Assembly (NCBI RefSeq): GCF_037042905.1
Contig: NC_087245.1
Coordinates: 6,016,001 to 6,080,000 of the forward strand
Length of the DNA stretch: 64,000 nt
Direction of reading: 5' to 3'
Origin: Lytechinus pictus
Taxonomy: Eukaryota
Shown piece by piece: positions 10,460-24,100 of the stretch (positions are counted from its first letter, which is position 1; the number at the start of each line of letters is the position of its first letter). Below the pieces are notes generated by a model. The model had not been told where the DNA came from, ran no database searches, and was given only the letters and a program-made list of their open reading frames with translations. The translations under genes were made by a program, and so were the position numbers.

Positions 10460-12767
10460 CAATGGCGGATCCAGGGGGGCACAGGGGGCGCACGCCCCCC
10501 CCCCCGCCTACTATTTGAGCGGCGCCTTCAAAAAAATAAAAGAAAAGTAAAAGAAAGAAAAGGCGCCGCTTAAAAAATAAAAATAAAGGAAAGAAAAGAA
10601 AAGGCGCCGCTTAAAAAAAATTTACACTGATATAATATTAGCAACAGTAAAGGAAAGACTATCCCCCAGCAAAGCACAATCATATCATCTTCCTTATCTT
10701 TTCTTTTAACTACCCTTTTCCCAACAACTTCGCCGGTTAAAAATAATCAGCAGTGCGCTGCCTGCATATAACTGGCGCCAATCAAGAATAATCAGCGCCA
10801 CCTAAATCTAAATCGGCGCCAGACAAGAATAATCAGCGCCATTTGGTTATAAATCGGCGCCAGTCAAGAAAAATTGACACTGCCAGAGTCTTAACCGGCG
10901 CCGATCAAGGATAATCAGCGCCACCTAAATCTAAATCGGCACCGGACAAGAATAATCGGCGCCATCTGGTTATAAATCGGCGGTGCCTGAGTTCTTAACC
11001 GGCGCCGATCAAGGATAATCAGCTCCACCTAACTCTAAATCGGCAACGGACAAGCAAAATCAGCACCGCTGATCAAGAATAATCAGCTCCGCCTAAATCC
11101 AAATCGGCGCCACGAAAGAACGATCAGCACCATCTGGTTATAAATCGGCGCCAGTCAAGATTAATCAGCGCCCCCAGGTTCTAAATCGGCGCCGGTAAAG
11201 AAAAATCAGCGCTGCCTGAGTCTTAACCGGCGCCGATCAAGAATAACCAGCGCCACCTAAATTTAAATAGGCGCCGGTCAAGAATAATCAGCGTCCCCTG
11301 GTTCCAATAAATAGGCGCCGGTAGAATAATGAAGAAGGGCCTATTGCCAACCAAATCTAGATCGGCGCCGGTCAAGAATGATCAGCGGCACCTGGTTATA
11401 CATTTTATTGTTGAATGGTCATAACGAATAACAAAGCTTATCGCATGCCCTTACAAAGTGGACTGGGGCGGGGCAGTTGCCCACAGATATCATGAAATCT
11501 TTAATTTCTTATTTAAAAAATCCCAGAATCATACAACAGTGTAGAGCAAATCCTTTAATTTTGATCTTATTTTCCAATGCTTTGATAAAAAAGTCAGACG
11601 GTTGCTAATACCGGGAGTGTATACTTACGCAACCAGACGTACATGTATATCCGTTAGACCTTAAACCACTAAATATAATTTTCAATGTATAAATACAGTT
11701 TGTCGATACCTTTGTTTTAACGTTTAAATGTTTACGCCACAAAATTTGATTTATTTTCATCTTCCATTACGTTAAATATTATTCATCTGATCACTCAGGA
11801 AGAAGTTAAAAACAAAGATAACGATACCTGTAAAACTAGAAAACTATTTCCAAAGCTCTGTCTTGAAGGATCTCTTTCTGAATTCAGGTCATAAGCATCA
11901 TATCCAGTTTCATCAAAGTAATTAGATAAAAATTACTCATCATTACAAATTTCATTAGATTTAGTGAAAAGCATCACAATATATATATAAATACCAATTT
12001 CTGTATGTAGGCCTATACATCATGTACATGAAAATTGAATGATAATATATAAACCTGGATTGGTGATGTATTCCAAATGATTCATGATATAGTCTCATTG
12101 TATATATATAGTAAAACAAAACTTGTATCTCAATTAATATACAAAAGTATTGGCCTCATCGCAATAAAAGGGTTGGTACACGAGATTGTGAAATCGCACA
12201 TAACATGCATAATTTGTATTACTTTTTGCTTGTTTCTTTCTTTAATAAGTTTTTCAATCTCTCTCTATGTATGTTTTAGAAATATTATATGTTTAAATTG
12301 ATATTTTCTGTTATAATGAGATATGTTTCAGTGGATTTCAGGGAATGGTCGTACGCAGCAAGGGGGAAGGGGGGCAAATTCCCGATCAGCTGTTGTGAAA
12401 ACACATTTTTCCCTCAACATTTCATGAAATCTACGAAAAATGTGCAAATGTGAGATGTACACCAAATACTTTTATTACACTTGTAAAAAAAAAGAAATCG
12501 CCCCATTGAGCAGTTCGGTCCGTTTACTCTATCGTTTTTTTTTTTCAAAAATATGTTCGAGTCTTGCCCCCCCCCCCCCCCCTTGCGTGTGGTCATGCAA
12601 AATGGCATGAATGGAAATCCTACATTTTGAAAAGAGCATTTGACAGGGTCAGACTTTACCCCTTTTTCAACATTTTCTTTTATGGCGCCGTTGAAGTGCA
12701 AAAATATGTGCGCCGCTTGGCAGTACGCCTCCCCCCCCCCTTTCGCCAAAAGCTGGATCCGCCTATG
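10460..12767. mobile_element. Non-autonomous TIR DNA element with 5-bp TSD
   Basis: TIRs CAATGGCGGATCCAG / CTGGATCCGCCTATG (13/15); ATCTG at 10455-10459 and 12768-12772; no transposase ORF. Confidence 0.8.
10740..11400. repeat. Minisatellite, ~41-bp unit (CAAGAATAATCAGCGCCACCTAAATCTAAATCGGCGCCAGW and variants)
   Basis: About 16 diverged tandem units rich in GGCGCC, inside the TIR element. Confidence 0.9.
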
Positions 12768-13127
12768 ATCTGCTAATCATATTCTTTGTCGCACAAATAA
12801 CACTTTCATTTATATAATACTTCATTTTGAATTTATAACTGTATTGTAATACTTGAGTGATTTTTCTTTCTAAAAATATATTTCATATACCCGAACATTG
12901 CGGATATTAGCCGGAGCGAATTCCATTAAAACACGGAAGTATAAATTAAAAATAGTGCGTCTATCATACGGGATTGTATAGCAGCATTAAGCAGTCGTGT
13001 TGGTTCATATTTCACTTTTGGTTTTGGTGCCACTTCAAATTGCATTCATAGAATACCACAAGAAAACGACTGAACTTGATCTTGATCATTATAGGGGAAA
13101 AACCCTTCCAAGAAGACGTTCGGTCAT

Positions 13128-13499
13128 ACCGTGTTTACACACAACTCGGCTCGAGAGTTGAATCCTCAAGCAGCGTCGAATGCTGCGACCCACGCTGCGA
13201 AAAGGGCAACTGTGATCGCGTTCATACTGAAACAAAAAAGGCGAGTTCGACACGGTCCACGGATCACTAACGGAAGTAAAAGACGTCACAAATAATTTTA
13301 TGCCGTGTTTGACCTAGGTCATGCGGGTTCGACGGCGAGTCTGACTCGGCTCGCGGGTTGAAACCAACGATTTTGGCGGATCAAAAAATCCGTGTTCGAC
13401 ACGGCTCGCGGATCGGTTGCATTTACACAACATAAAATTGCCGTGTTGAGCACGGCTCGCGTGTCGAACCCCCGAGCCGAGTCACTGTGTAAACACGGT
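13128..13499. mobile_element. MITE (PIF/Harbinger-like termini)
   Basis: TIR ACCGTGTTTACACA..ACTCGGCTCG at 13128 and its reverse complement ending 13499; internal TTCGACACGG repeats. Superfamily call is tentative. Confidence 0.7.
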
Positions 13500-14885
13500 T
13501 TACTCACGACGATCATTTTCATATTACCCGAGTTAATGCACATGTATCTTAACAAAAAGATTATTAGGCCTGTGAATAAATGCCTTGTTTTATTTCATTA
13601 GGAGAATATTTACACGCAGAAGCCTGTGTTTCTTTTTCAATATGAAGCATTTAATTTGTTATTGAAACATTGATGGTTAATTTGTGTGAGGGCGTGTGTG
13701 TGGGTGATTTTTTTTTTACATCTATTGCAAATAAACCAATCGAACTATAAATTTGACATTGTAAATTCTTCACTCAACATCAAATAAAGACGAAAAATTA
13801 TAAAATTACTACAGATTCAAGAGCATACAAATTTGATAATAAAAGAAGAAATCCCTCGATATAAATTCCAGTAAAATCAAACCTGTATAGAATTTTTCAC
13901 ATAATTTTTTTTATAGTCTGTATTTTCTTGAAATTTAATAATGATTGTGGTCACGACGAAAAAATGAACGTTATCTGTGAATTCATCTGAATAATCAAAG
14001 TGCCATTTTGACAGGAGCCAATATAGTGAGAACGTGTTGGTCAAGATTCCATGAAAAAAACCTGGTTTCAATTGATTAAATTTGAATTCTGATTAGTTAT
14101 ACGTATGATATACTTTTTTAAACAAGTTAAAGCATACATTCAATTGATCACACACTCAAAACGTTTAACCCTTTATTTTGTGAAAATACCAGTTTATCGA
14201 ATTTCGTTTGCATCGCCCATTTGCAACCGTAAAGTTCAAAGCTTTGGTTTGATTTTGTTTATCACTCATTTTCATTTCTGAGTTTCTCATTTGTAAGTTG
14301 CAAAAATAATCCCACATAAAGAAATGTCCGTTAGTATTCCTATCTAGGAAGGTGGGAATAAAGACAACATATCTAGCTCTCAAATAAGATATAAAGGTGA
14401 CTGTACACATATAGTTATCACCAAAAGGCTTCAACAAATATACACATTGTAGTAGAATGATAGAATCTAACATAATTATATACTGTGGAGTAATTTATTC
14501 ATATTTTCAAATACTTTGAGAACAATAAATCTTGTTTTGAGTGTTTGTTTGAAAATTGTATAGTTTCTGAAACTGATTTTTCTCTTAAAAAACTATTGGA
14601 AGGCACAACAAGGAACTGATAATAAATTGTCCTGATACGGTTCGTCCGTAGATTCACTAATCGTGCATCGTCATGACAGTGTAACACTAGCTTGGAGGTA
14701 TATATTATGATGATCAATCATATTTTCCTCGTTAAAAATATGGAAGATCACAAAGATGCAACCTTTTTCATTCTTCCACAAACATTACAAGGTAGGCCTA
14801 TATTTCGAAGGAAGCAACTTGTAAGAGTTCTAAAGCTCATTTCGCTTTTATACTCACAATATGATTCACCGGTTATGATACTCAA

Positions 14886-15194
14886 TTAAATCAAGTCCGT
14901 GTAGGCACTTTCTTCGCGTTTAGATAGAGTTTGATAACCATACTCATCACGATTATCAACTCGAGATCGTTCCATCGTACTCATCGATGCTGAGGAGGAA
15001 GATAGCAAGTACCCAAAAGCATCAACGTCGGTATCAGCGACCGCATCAGGTGTTGGTATTATGTTGACTGGTATGCCTATTCGTTGATCAGAAGAGGTGT
15101 CGTTTCCAAAGTTTGAAGATTCGCGTAACCTCGTTGCGTTGGGACAATCACTTACCCTTGCTGGAATGTTACCCATATCGATATAGTCATGAAC
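14886..15194 (-). CDS. Receptor last exon (HDYIDM, C-terminal ITAM)
   Basis: ttacag|GTT CAT GAC TAT, phase 0; ends [19 protein letters not shown]. Confidence 0.8.
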   Translation of the reverse strand, partial: VHDYIDMGNIPARVSDCPNATRLRESSNFGNDTSSDQRIGIPVNIIPTPDAVADTDVDAFGYLLSSSSASMSTMERSRVDNRDEYGYQTLSKREESAYTDLI

Positions 15195-18100
15195 CTGTAA
15201 ATACATGTATATTCAACTATTAGTGCACAATTCGTAAAACATAAATCAATATACTTCTTCTTAAAAAATGTGTATATAATATCATATTCGACGACTGAAT
15301 GAATTCATTGAAATTAAACTTATCTCATGGTTTGGTTGAAACGTCACAATCAAGCAACCTAGGTTTTCAAAATAGTTATTATTTATTTATTTATTGTGTT
15401 TTATTTATCTTATACTGCAGGGTAGGAAAGTTCAGTTCTTAAAACTGCTTTACAAAGGCGCCCTGCAGTTTAAAATACATGTCAAGATAACTATGAACAA
15501 CAACAACAACAACAAACAACATCAAAAATACAAAATACAAAATATCTAACATCAGAAACAATTAATACCAAAATATAGAGTGGGAAGTGACAATTTAAAC
15601 ATACGTACAGGAGGTTTGATTAATCCACCCTTTGGACAGTCCGGGAGTGGTCGGTTCTTCATGGTGTGGGATTTAACACACGATGGGATCTGAGTCAACT
15701 TGGTGGGTATGTCAGTGTAAACATCATCATCATCTGTCCGTGATCCGCATTTGATGAGGTCTGTAGACGAATTTCGAGTGTCGTGATTATCCTTGTTGAC
15801 CGTAGCGCATTCAACCACTGAGAGCATTGCTACAGAAGTATCTTCTCCTTTAACCCTACTTTGTTGCTCGTCCTGTCTGTTGGGTTCAGGCGGATTTAGG
15901 CATACCTGTGATGAGTTGACATGTAGATATTTTTCAGAAGTAGACATGTTGGAGCTGAGTGATATATCATCGCCATAACGAGTCGCTTGTCTTTTTCTTG
16001 GAAATGTCTTGGTAAATCCCAAACATATTTTTCGACAATCCTTTGACTTGCAGTATCCGTATCTGCATAATAGTTTTAAAAAATGATTATCATATTTTCC
16101 TTTCCGTCCTGTTTATCCTTCAGAAGTTACAACTTGCATCATTATATATTTATATAAAAAGTTTAAGATTTTGAGAATTGATTGGAATTGAGCAAAAATG
16201 TTTTTAAGAAAACATTAGGTTAAAATAGTGATCATGTATGATGGTATATTTAAAAAGGCAATATATGATTCCAAAACTGTGTAAAGCCATTTCTCCCCCA
16301 ACGGTATTCCAATGTAGAAAGAATTATTTAGCATTCGAGAAATCTTAGTTTGCAGTTAAGAGATAGGAAGATGTCATTATACAGACTTAATTGGTTCAGT
16401 TGAAAGATACAATGAATAATTACATACATCACAACCCCAGCAACGATTGATGAAAGAGAAACAATGATGATAGTAATCAATGACCATGGCTCTAGAAGTG
16501 GACCTTCCCCGATGGATTCTAAGAAGGAATAAAGGAAATATCAGATCAAATTTACTTTTTGCTTAATCTTGATATAATTCATAGAGTAAGAAAACTATTG
16601 ATATCGGTGGAAATGATAAGACCACTAAATTCGATTGCGATCTACAAGTAGCTTTATACATGTTCATTCTCTACCTGAAACCAAAACGCTTAATATTTCA
16701 ATTTTGAAACAAATGATCGTAAAGAAGTATGATATCTTGAAGGCTGGAGAAAGAATAGAAAACTTACTTTCTACTGAATGGACGGTATCGGCGAGAAGTA
16801 TATGACAATCGACTAACTACACAAACGATCATAGTTGCAGTAAACACTGATTTCATGAGAAAGTATGTAAAACCAGGCTTAATTGTCAGTATATCATCGA
16901 GGATCTAGATCTGGTACAGTTACATAAACTGAACTTTGTGAAATCTTGAAATCTACGCTGAATAATGTTCAGACTGAACTTCCCCAACACAGATAAGCGC
17001 ACGTGGGACAGTGTATAATTATTGCTTTGAGCGTCGGGCCCGACGCTCTACCCGAATCCTGTGCTTATTTGCTGATTTCTCAGCAATTACACAATTTCTT
17101 CCAGAATCCTTTGGCACATGCGTTTTATTTATACAAACAGACACTTTGGTGGTCATTTCATTGGATTCTGTACGAACTCATTTTGATATCGTTACCAAAA
17201 CTAGCATTTACTTTTAATATGAAAATAAACTAGTGGTTGCAGCACATTATTAAAATGATATTGAATTATAGAAATGATAGTAGTTTCCAGGGGAAAACTT
17301 CATTAAAATGTTTCTTCACAAGTAAAATGATGCATTAGATCATCGGTTTTTTAATCATGTAAATTACGTCATGATAAACTCATATTTATGGTATATAATT
17401 TTTATAGATTTCATAAATGTGCAGTGTGTTATAACTCCTCTTCATTAATTTTTATTAATTTCATCTTACTTGAACATACAGTAATACTACCAAATTAGAC
17501 CGTCTTGTTTGCCTTCTATTACTCATGTTACAAGTAGTAACTAGTATTATTGATTTGTTTAAAAGGAGATAGAAACACCACCTTGGTACTTTCCGTTGTA
17601 AGCGATTTGAGCCTAATGGGAAAAATCAACTACAATATGATACCGTCTTCACACTGGCCACAAACACCGCTACAGTATCGGGACTGTCCCGAGACTATTA
17701 GCAGTGTTGCTTTCAGGTGCCACGAGCCTAATTACATCAGGAGGGCTAAAGATATTCGTTCGACCCAACCCGTTCGAATTTTTTCAATTTGATATTGCTG
17801 ATTGACAAAAGTGTATGAATATGATTCAAAATCTAACACTGATTCTAGAAATGGTAACTACTGAACTTCCTTTGCCCAAATTGGGAAGATATATCAATGA
17901 TTTGGAACTATTTTTTGACTGGCGGAAGAATTGGGGCTATTTTACTGTTTCAGTTGATGAATTTGATCCCATCATAGTTATCTTCATAAATGGCGATTTA
18001 TTTTTAAAATGAGCTGGCTACGATACCCTTCTCTGGTCAGATATGGAATGTCAGATATATATCCTATCCAAAGGTAGTAAACATTCGACCCTCTAATTTC

Positions 18101-21100
18101 ACATTTATTTTTTATGAATTTTTCTTAAGTGCCATTTTAACACACAAGTCTATGGGGAATGTTTTACGCGCGTGACACCTTCAGTATAAATTCTTGGACC
18201 CGCCGCCTTCGTAACAAACTACCGCTAGGCAAGCCAGCAGCGGGATAGCCCCGTTCCTTCAGTGTGAAGGCACACCGATACAACACCGGGCTAAACCACT
18301 TGTGACATGTTTACTATAATGTGGGGGCGTCGTGCGGGTCTTGTGGTATGACTCTCGTCTTTCAATTTGAAGGACTTGGGTTCGATTATACCCGCCCTCA
18401 AGTATTTCCGGTGTACCAGAGTCGGATCACTCACGGAGTCACAAGTCTACGGTCTACACGTGTTTTGTTACGGAGTTTCTAAAAATCACCTGCTGCAGTG
18501 TCACGGGACTGTACCGGGATAACTTTTCTACTGTGAATGCATTTCTAGCGGGTTTATAGCGGTGTCGTCGTCCCGCGACAGCACCGAGATAAATTTGAAA
18601 AACAGCGGGAATACAGTATTGGTAAGTTATAACAATAATTAATCACATGACTAAAAAAAAGGGCTTTATATTTTCAAAATTATCTAAACCAAACTTAGAC
18701 ATGTGTTCCATCGCTATTGAAAACATGACATGTAATTTGCTTGTAAGTTTTTTTCCTAAACATTGAAATAGTTTTGTGTCGTATGTATATTGTATGTTCT
18801 TTATGGTGACTATGTTTATACTGTATCGGGGGCCCCGTTTATCACTTGGTTAAATGTTGCGCATGTATCGATTTTTATTTTAAACGGTATAATAAATGAT
18901 CTCAACTGAAAATATCAAACACCTTGTGTCGGTTTTGGGGTTTCTGTTGCCCTCTGACATTCTGGAATCGTCTTGTCCCAATCTTGGCCTCCCTTCATGG
19001 AGATCACATTTGGTTTGCATTCGATGAATTCACTTCCATTGACGACGTAACCAGTTTGACATGATAATTTTAGTGTAGATCCTAGATGTGTGTAGTTTGA
19101 TGACCACCATCCATTATCAACATCACCAGGGTGTTCACAGACCCCGACAGTAGCTGTACACGGAAAATTGAGAAAATCTGAAAATTAACTGGAGAATTCA
19201 CAACATTTTACAAATTTGCCAATTTGTATTTATTTGTTCTGATCTTAACATTTTAATAGGAAAGAAATCAATGTGATTCATGTCATTTACTTTCAGACAT
19301 TAATTGATCAGCCAGTGATCTAATCATCACAATAAAACTGGTGTGAGAGTTATAACCAGGTTTCTGCACTTGTAATGTCAAATAACTGTAATTGTTTTTT
19401 ATCATTAAAAAAATCCCGCATACAAGTTTTAGAGCAAGTTAGACTTAGTTTGGATTATCATATATTCCGAAACAATTATTAATTAGGGTTCCGTTTCAGG
19501 AATGTAACAAATGTACCATTTCAATAACTATCAGTCATTCAAATTGAGTGGTAGCTTTAAAGTATCATTGCAAAATTATTATTACATAAAACTGAGGTAA
19601 TCATGACTACACTTTATTTTTATTCAAGCGCAGACGAGGCCTAATTTGAAAGAAGACAGCTAGACCGTCTCTATCTTTAGACTTAACCTGTAATCCACAA
19701 ATCATTTCTTTCATGCATTTGATAATTCATACCATTGTAATGAAAGGCCCATATCTTAATGCCATCTCCTACATGGATGCTGTATCCTGTTCGAGCACAC
19801 ATGCTATCGTCTGGATATTCAGTGTGGATCGAGGATTGAGAAACATTGAAACAGTAGCATCCGTCTCCTGTGATCGCTGCTAGTTCTGAGGATGTCATAG
19901 AGCACTTGTGTATGCATTCATCTACGTCAGTGTCATTGGATCTCAGGTAGAGTTTGTAGTTAGTAGCAAGTAGGTAGCACCCACGATATGCAAAATCTGA
20001 GGATCGTAAGAAATATTAATATACTATTTGAGTGGTTCACAAAAACAATCAATAATTTCATAAAACAATATGAAAATAACCATAAAAACACGAATGATGT
20101 TTGCGATGCGAAAGTATCTATCCGTCCTTTCACACGGTAAAAAATATCGTAATTTGAATGATTCCAGTGAAAAGTAAGGCTAATGACGAAGTATCTAAAT
20201 GAGCAAAAAAATACTTACTGAAACATTGTAACCTGCTAGCTTTGGATGGTTCTTGTTGTGTCATATTCCAAACACACTGTTGAAGTAAAAAGTTTGCTGG
20301 AAAAAAAAAACCGTAGTGAAAAAAAAATGATAGGAAAAACAAGCTCTCACCAAATATCAATATTCAGCTTAGATTCTCTAAATGCTGATAATCGGATTAT
20401 CCGAAGATGGTTGCAAGAATAATGAAGCAAATGAAGTAAAAAAAAATTGTCATTTATAAAAACATCAGGATAATCCTACAGTCATGACAGTATTTGCATG
20501 TTAAGTCAAATTCCTAATAATGTCAACCATTTTACCTGACACAAACACACACATTGTGTGTGGGGGTGAGGTGTGTGTATATATCACTTAAATTATACAT
20601 AGATACTAAAACGTGTAAGAATGCAAGAAAGCAAAATATAAACATGACAAAGAATGAACATAATGCAAAAGAAAGAACAGTCGGAAATCTGATAACTTAT
20701 TCTAATAATTTTTACGAACCTTTATTGATAAAACACAGTAGATATAATGATGCATAAGACTTAAACTGAGCGTAAGTCTACCACTATAATGTAAAGAAAT
20801 AACGATTTTTTTTTGGGGGGGGGGCAAGCAACTTATGACTGATCAAGATGTTAACGTATTAAAGCTCTATATATTATTAAAGGACCAGGGGACCAGTTAT
20901 AACACTTTTACTTACATTTATCACAGACGATGCTGGCGCAAGTAGAGTCCTTGTATTGAATGTTTGTTTCATTTGTAAGTTGATAGACCCCAGGGAATCC
21001 TAGCTGTCGGCAGGTGAGCTCTGCAAGATATGAGTTTAAGCTTTCTGTGCAAACTGGAATCCAGTGGTCCCGAAGACGAGGACCTCTAACATGTCTAAAG

Positions 21101-24100
21101 ACCTCCAAGATTCCCTCATTAGCCTTCATACTGCTCTTGAGTCTTACGTTTTGTGTTCGTTCTGAATGATGAGACAGATATTTAACCTTTTAACTTCCTA
21201 ACCAAATTCTGAGAAGAAAAATATTTTCTTTTATAAACTATACATTGATACCTACTGTAAGTGGGCTTCTGGGTGCTCAACCAGAAAACAGAATCGATTG
21301 AACAGTGCAAAGGAGAATATGGAGAAAGGGTTTGCCTGTCAAAATGTTGATCTTGACCCTATTTTGGCATCAATATTGTCCAATTCTTTTTTCGAACACA
21401 TCTTTTTAAATAGGGAGGGAGTAAAATTATTATACTTATTCATCATTTTCATTATCAAAATACGTAATAAGTCCATTTGTCAAAACTTGCAAAAGTGTTC
21501 GTTTCCGAAAATCTGCTCTCGATGCAATCATGTACGTGTCTAACTTTGTATCCATTGACATTGCTGATATTGTTTAATTGCCAAACATACCGTATCTTGA
21601 TATCATGCAAGCGATGGCAGTGAGTAAGTACATCTTCGTGGAGTAGGCCAACATGATTACCATCAGCCTGATAGGTCTCAGATATCAATTTATTCCGACC
21701 AGAATTAATTTTAATCATGTTTAACTGTTAAATACCGACTCTATCCACAACGGGCAGCACAGTGGCAGAGAACTTTCTAAAGTAGGTCTACTTGTTTTAC
21801 TCATGATGGTTAAATCCCCCGGATTCGAAATGGTGATATTAATTCTGATTCTAAAATAACACAAGGAAAGCCCAAAACGTAAAGGAAGAAGGATCAGTTC
21901 ATGCTTATCTTCTACAATAATCAGTCATAACCAATAAATCATATCCAGCTCTGATAAAAAAAATCATCGAAAGTAGTGTTTTAATAAACCTATCGACATT
22001 TCACGAATGAGACTTTTCCTCTATACATATATTATGGATTTTTATTTATAGTTTTCCATTTTTATTTTTTAAAAACGACCACAAACTGGACAATGTGCAT
22101 GGTAAAGCACAAACCTGATTTATCAAAACAATGAAGTGCTAGATGGAATCCTGAACAGTCTTGATTGCCGTCTGATTGAAAAGTGAGACGAAGATACGAC
22201 CCTGTTGATAGAAATGGAGGAACATTTAGGCCTGTTCCAGAATAGTTGCGGCTATTGAAGGCTCTTACAGGATCACGGACTCCCAACACGTCATCAAATT
22301 TCTCAGTACTGAATTTTTGAAAGAGAATCGCGATCCCTTTGTTTAGCGGTGCTGTGATATTCCACATGATGTTTAAGTTGTAGCCATAATGCTGGGGATA
22401 TCCAGGAGATGTCAGATTTGAAGCTGAAGAGTCATTACAAGTTAACCTCACCATTTCTCCTGTTAACGATACAGAAATCATACAGTGTAATTTAGATAAC
22501 AGCACAATTATATAACACTCATTCAATCAGAAAACATCGACGAAAGCATATTCTTTTTTAACTGAATTGGAAACACTTCCTTAAAAAAAATGAGTCCTGT
22601 CACATTTTTCGGAATCAAATGAATTTTCAATGTGTTGCGATATTGGACAAATAAATAATAGAGAAATTGTTTGCCTTTTCTATTTAGAGGTAAATAGATC
22701 ATACACTACACAAGGCAAAAAAAACATATTTAGAAGAGTCAGTTCGGATTAATCCAAAATTATGAAAATCCAAATAATCCGAATTGGCTGACAAGGTGTT
22801 CCTTAAGTTAAAGTCCACAATGCTGGCGATGATGAAATTGATTTTGAAACGCGATGAATAATTAGTACAGTCACTGTAACAAGTTGAAATGTCTGTGAAG
22901 ACGAAGTTGATGATTTTTTTGGTAATAGTATTTTTTAAATCATTCAGTTCAAAATCATACAAGTAATAGCATATCAACAAAACACTGTTCACAGAGTCAA
23001 ATAATTATTCATAATACAAAAAACTGTACAAAAAATACAGAATATAACATTAGTTCATTTTATTTGTCTTCCAACTTTAAGTTTGAATACATGACAAACA
23101 TACAAGTGTGTATGAAACAATGAGCAGAGTACATGATAAAACATACAGGTATACATAAAACAGAGTATGCAGAAAACATTGTTTTTAAATACATTATACA
23201 GCTTAAGACAGAAAAGAAATAATTTTAAAGGAAGACGAGGAGACCTAAGTGAAGCAATGCTTGTAAATTAAGGTTCCTCATTACGAATTCAAAGAACATT
23301 GGATAAACAACACAGAAATGGCAATATGATAACTAAAGAGAGAGGCGGGAAGAGAAGAGGGACACATTTATGTACAAAAGGGACAAAAAAGGGGACATGA
23401 GGACAGAGACCAGCCAGGCCCGGGAAAGGGGGGGGGGGGTGAAACGTATTGATAATTTAGCATTAACTGATAAATAACACACGAAAAATAGGCTTTACGA
23501 ATCACTTCCATAGTTACTCAGTAAATAAGATTTCAATTTTCGTTTAAACACTGTAGAACTGACAGCATGTGTAATGTCAGGGTCAAGTGCATTCCAAAAC
23601 CTGGGTCCAGTGCAAACTAGAGTGCCCAAAGTGAACTTTGTTCTTGCACGAGATATATGGAGAGTGGAAGATTGTCTAGTATTGTAATTGTGTACTTGAC
23701 TATTTTTCTTAAATATCAGTGCCAGGGCTGAAGGGAGACTTCCTGAATCAAAATCATACATAAGAGATCCTAGCTGCATAAAGCAAATATCTTCCACTTT
23801 CAATAAGTGATTGTCATGAAATAAAACATTTGTATGAGCACAATAACTGACATTACATATACTTCTAATAGCTCTCTTCTGAACGATGAATAATTTTTGC
23901 AATTGCGTTTTAAGTGAGTTGCCCCAGGCAAGCACACCGTAGTTTAAGTAAGGAACAATTAATGAGGAATATAATATAAATAAAATTTCTTTAGGGAAAA
24001 CTGATCTCAATTGTATATAACACCGGTATTTTTTTACAACAGTTTGCAGAGATGATTTACATGAAGTGTCCAGTTCAATTTTTCATCAATAAATAACCCA

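Noticed and set aside
10740..11400. CRISPR-like array
   Set aside because: Whole units are diverged copies of each other with no unique spacers; eukaryotic context; no cas genes.
22699..22892. Extra receptor exon (DISTCYSDC...)
   Set aside because: Plausible phase-1 acceptor but no convincing in-phase donor or recognisable domain.
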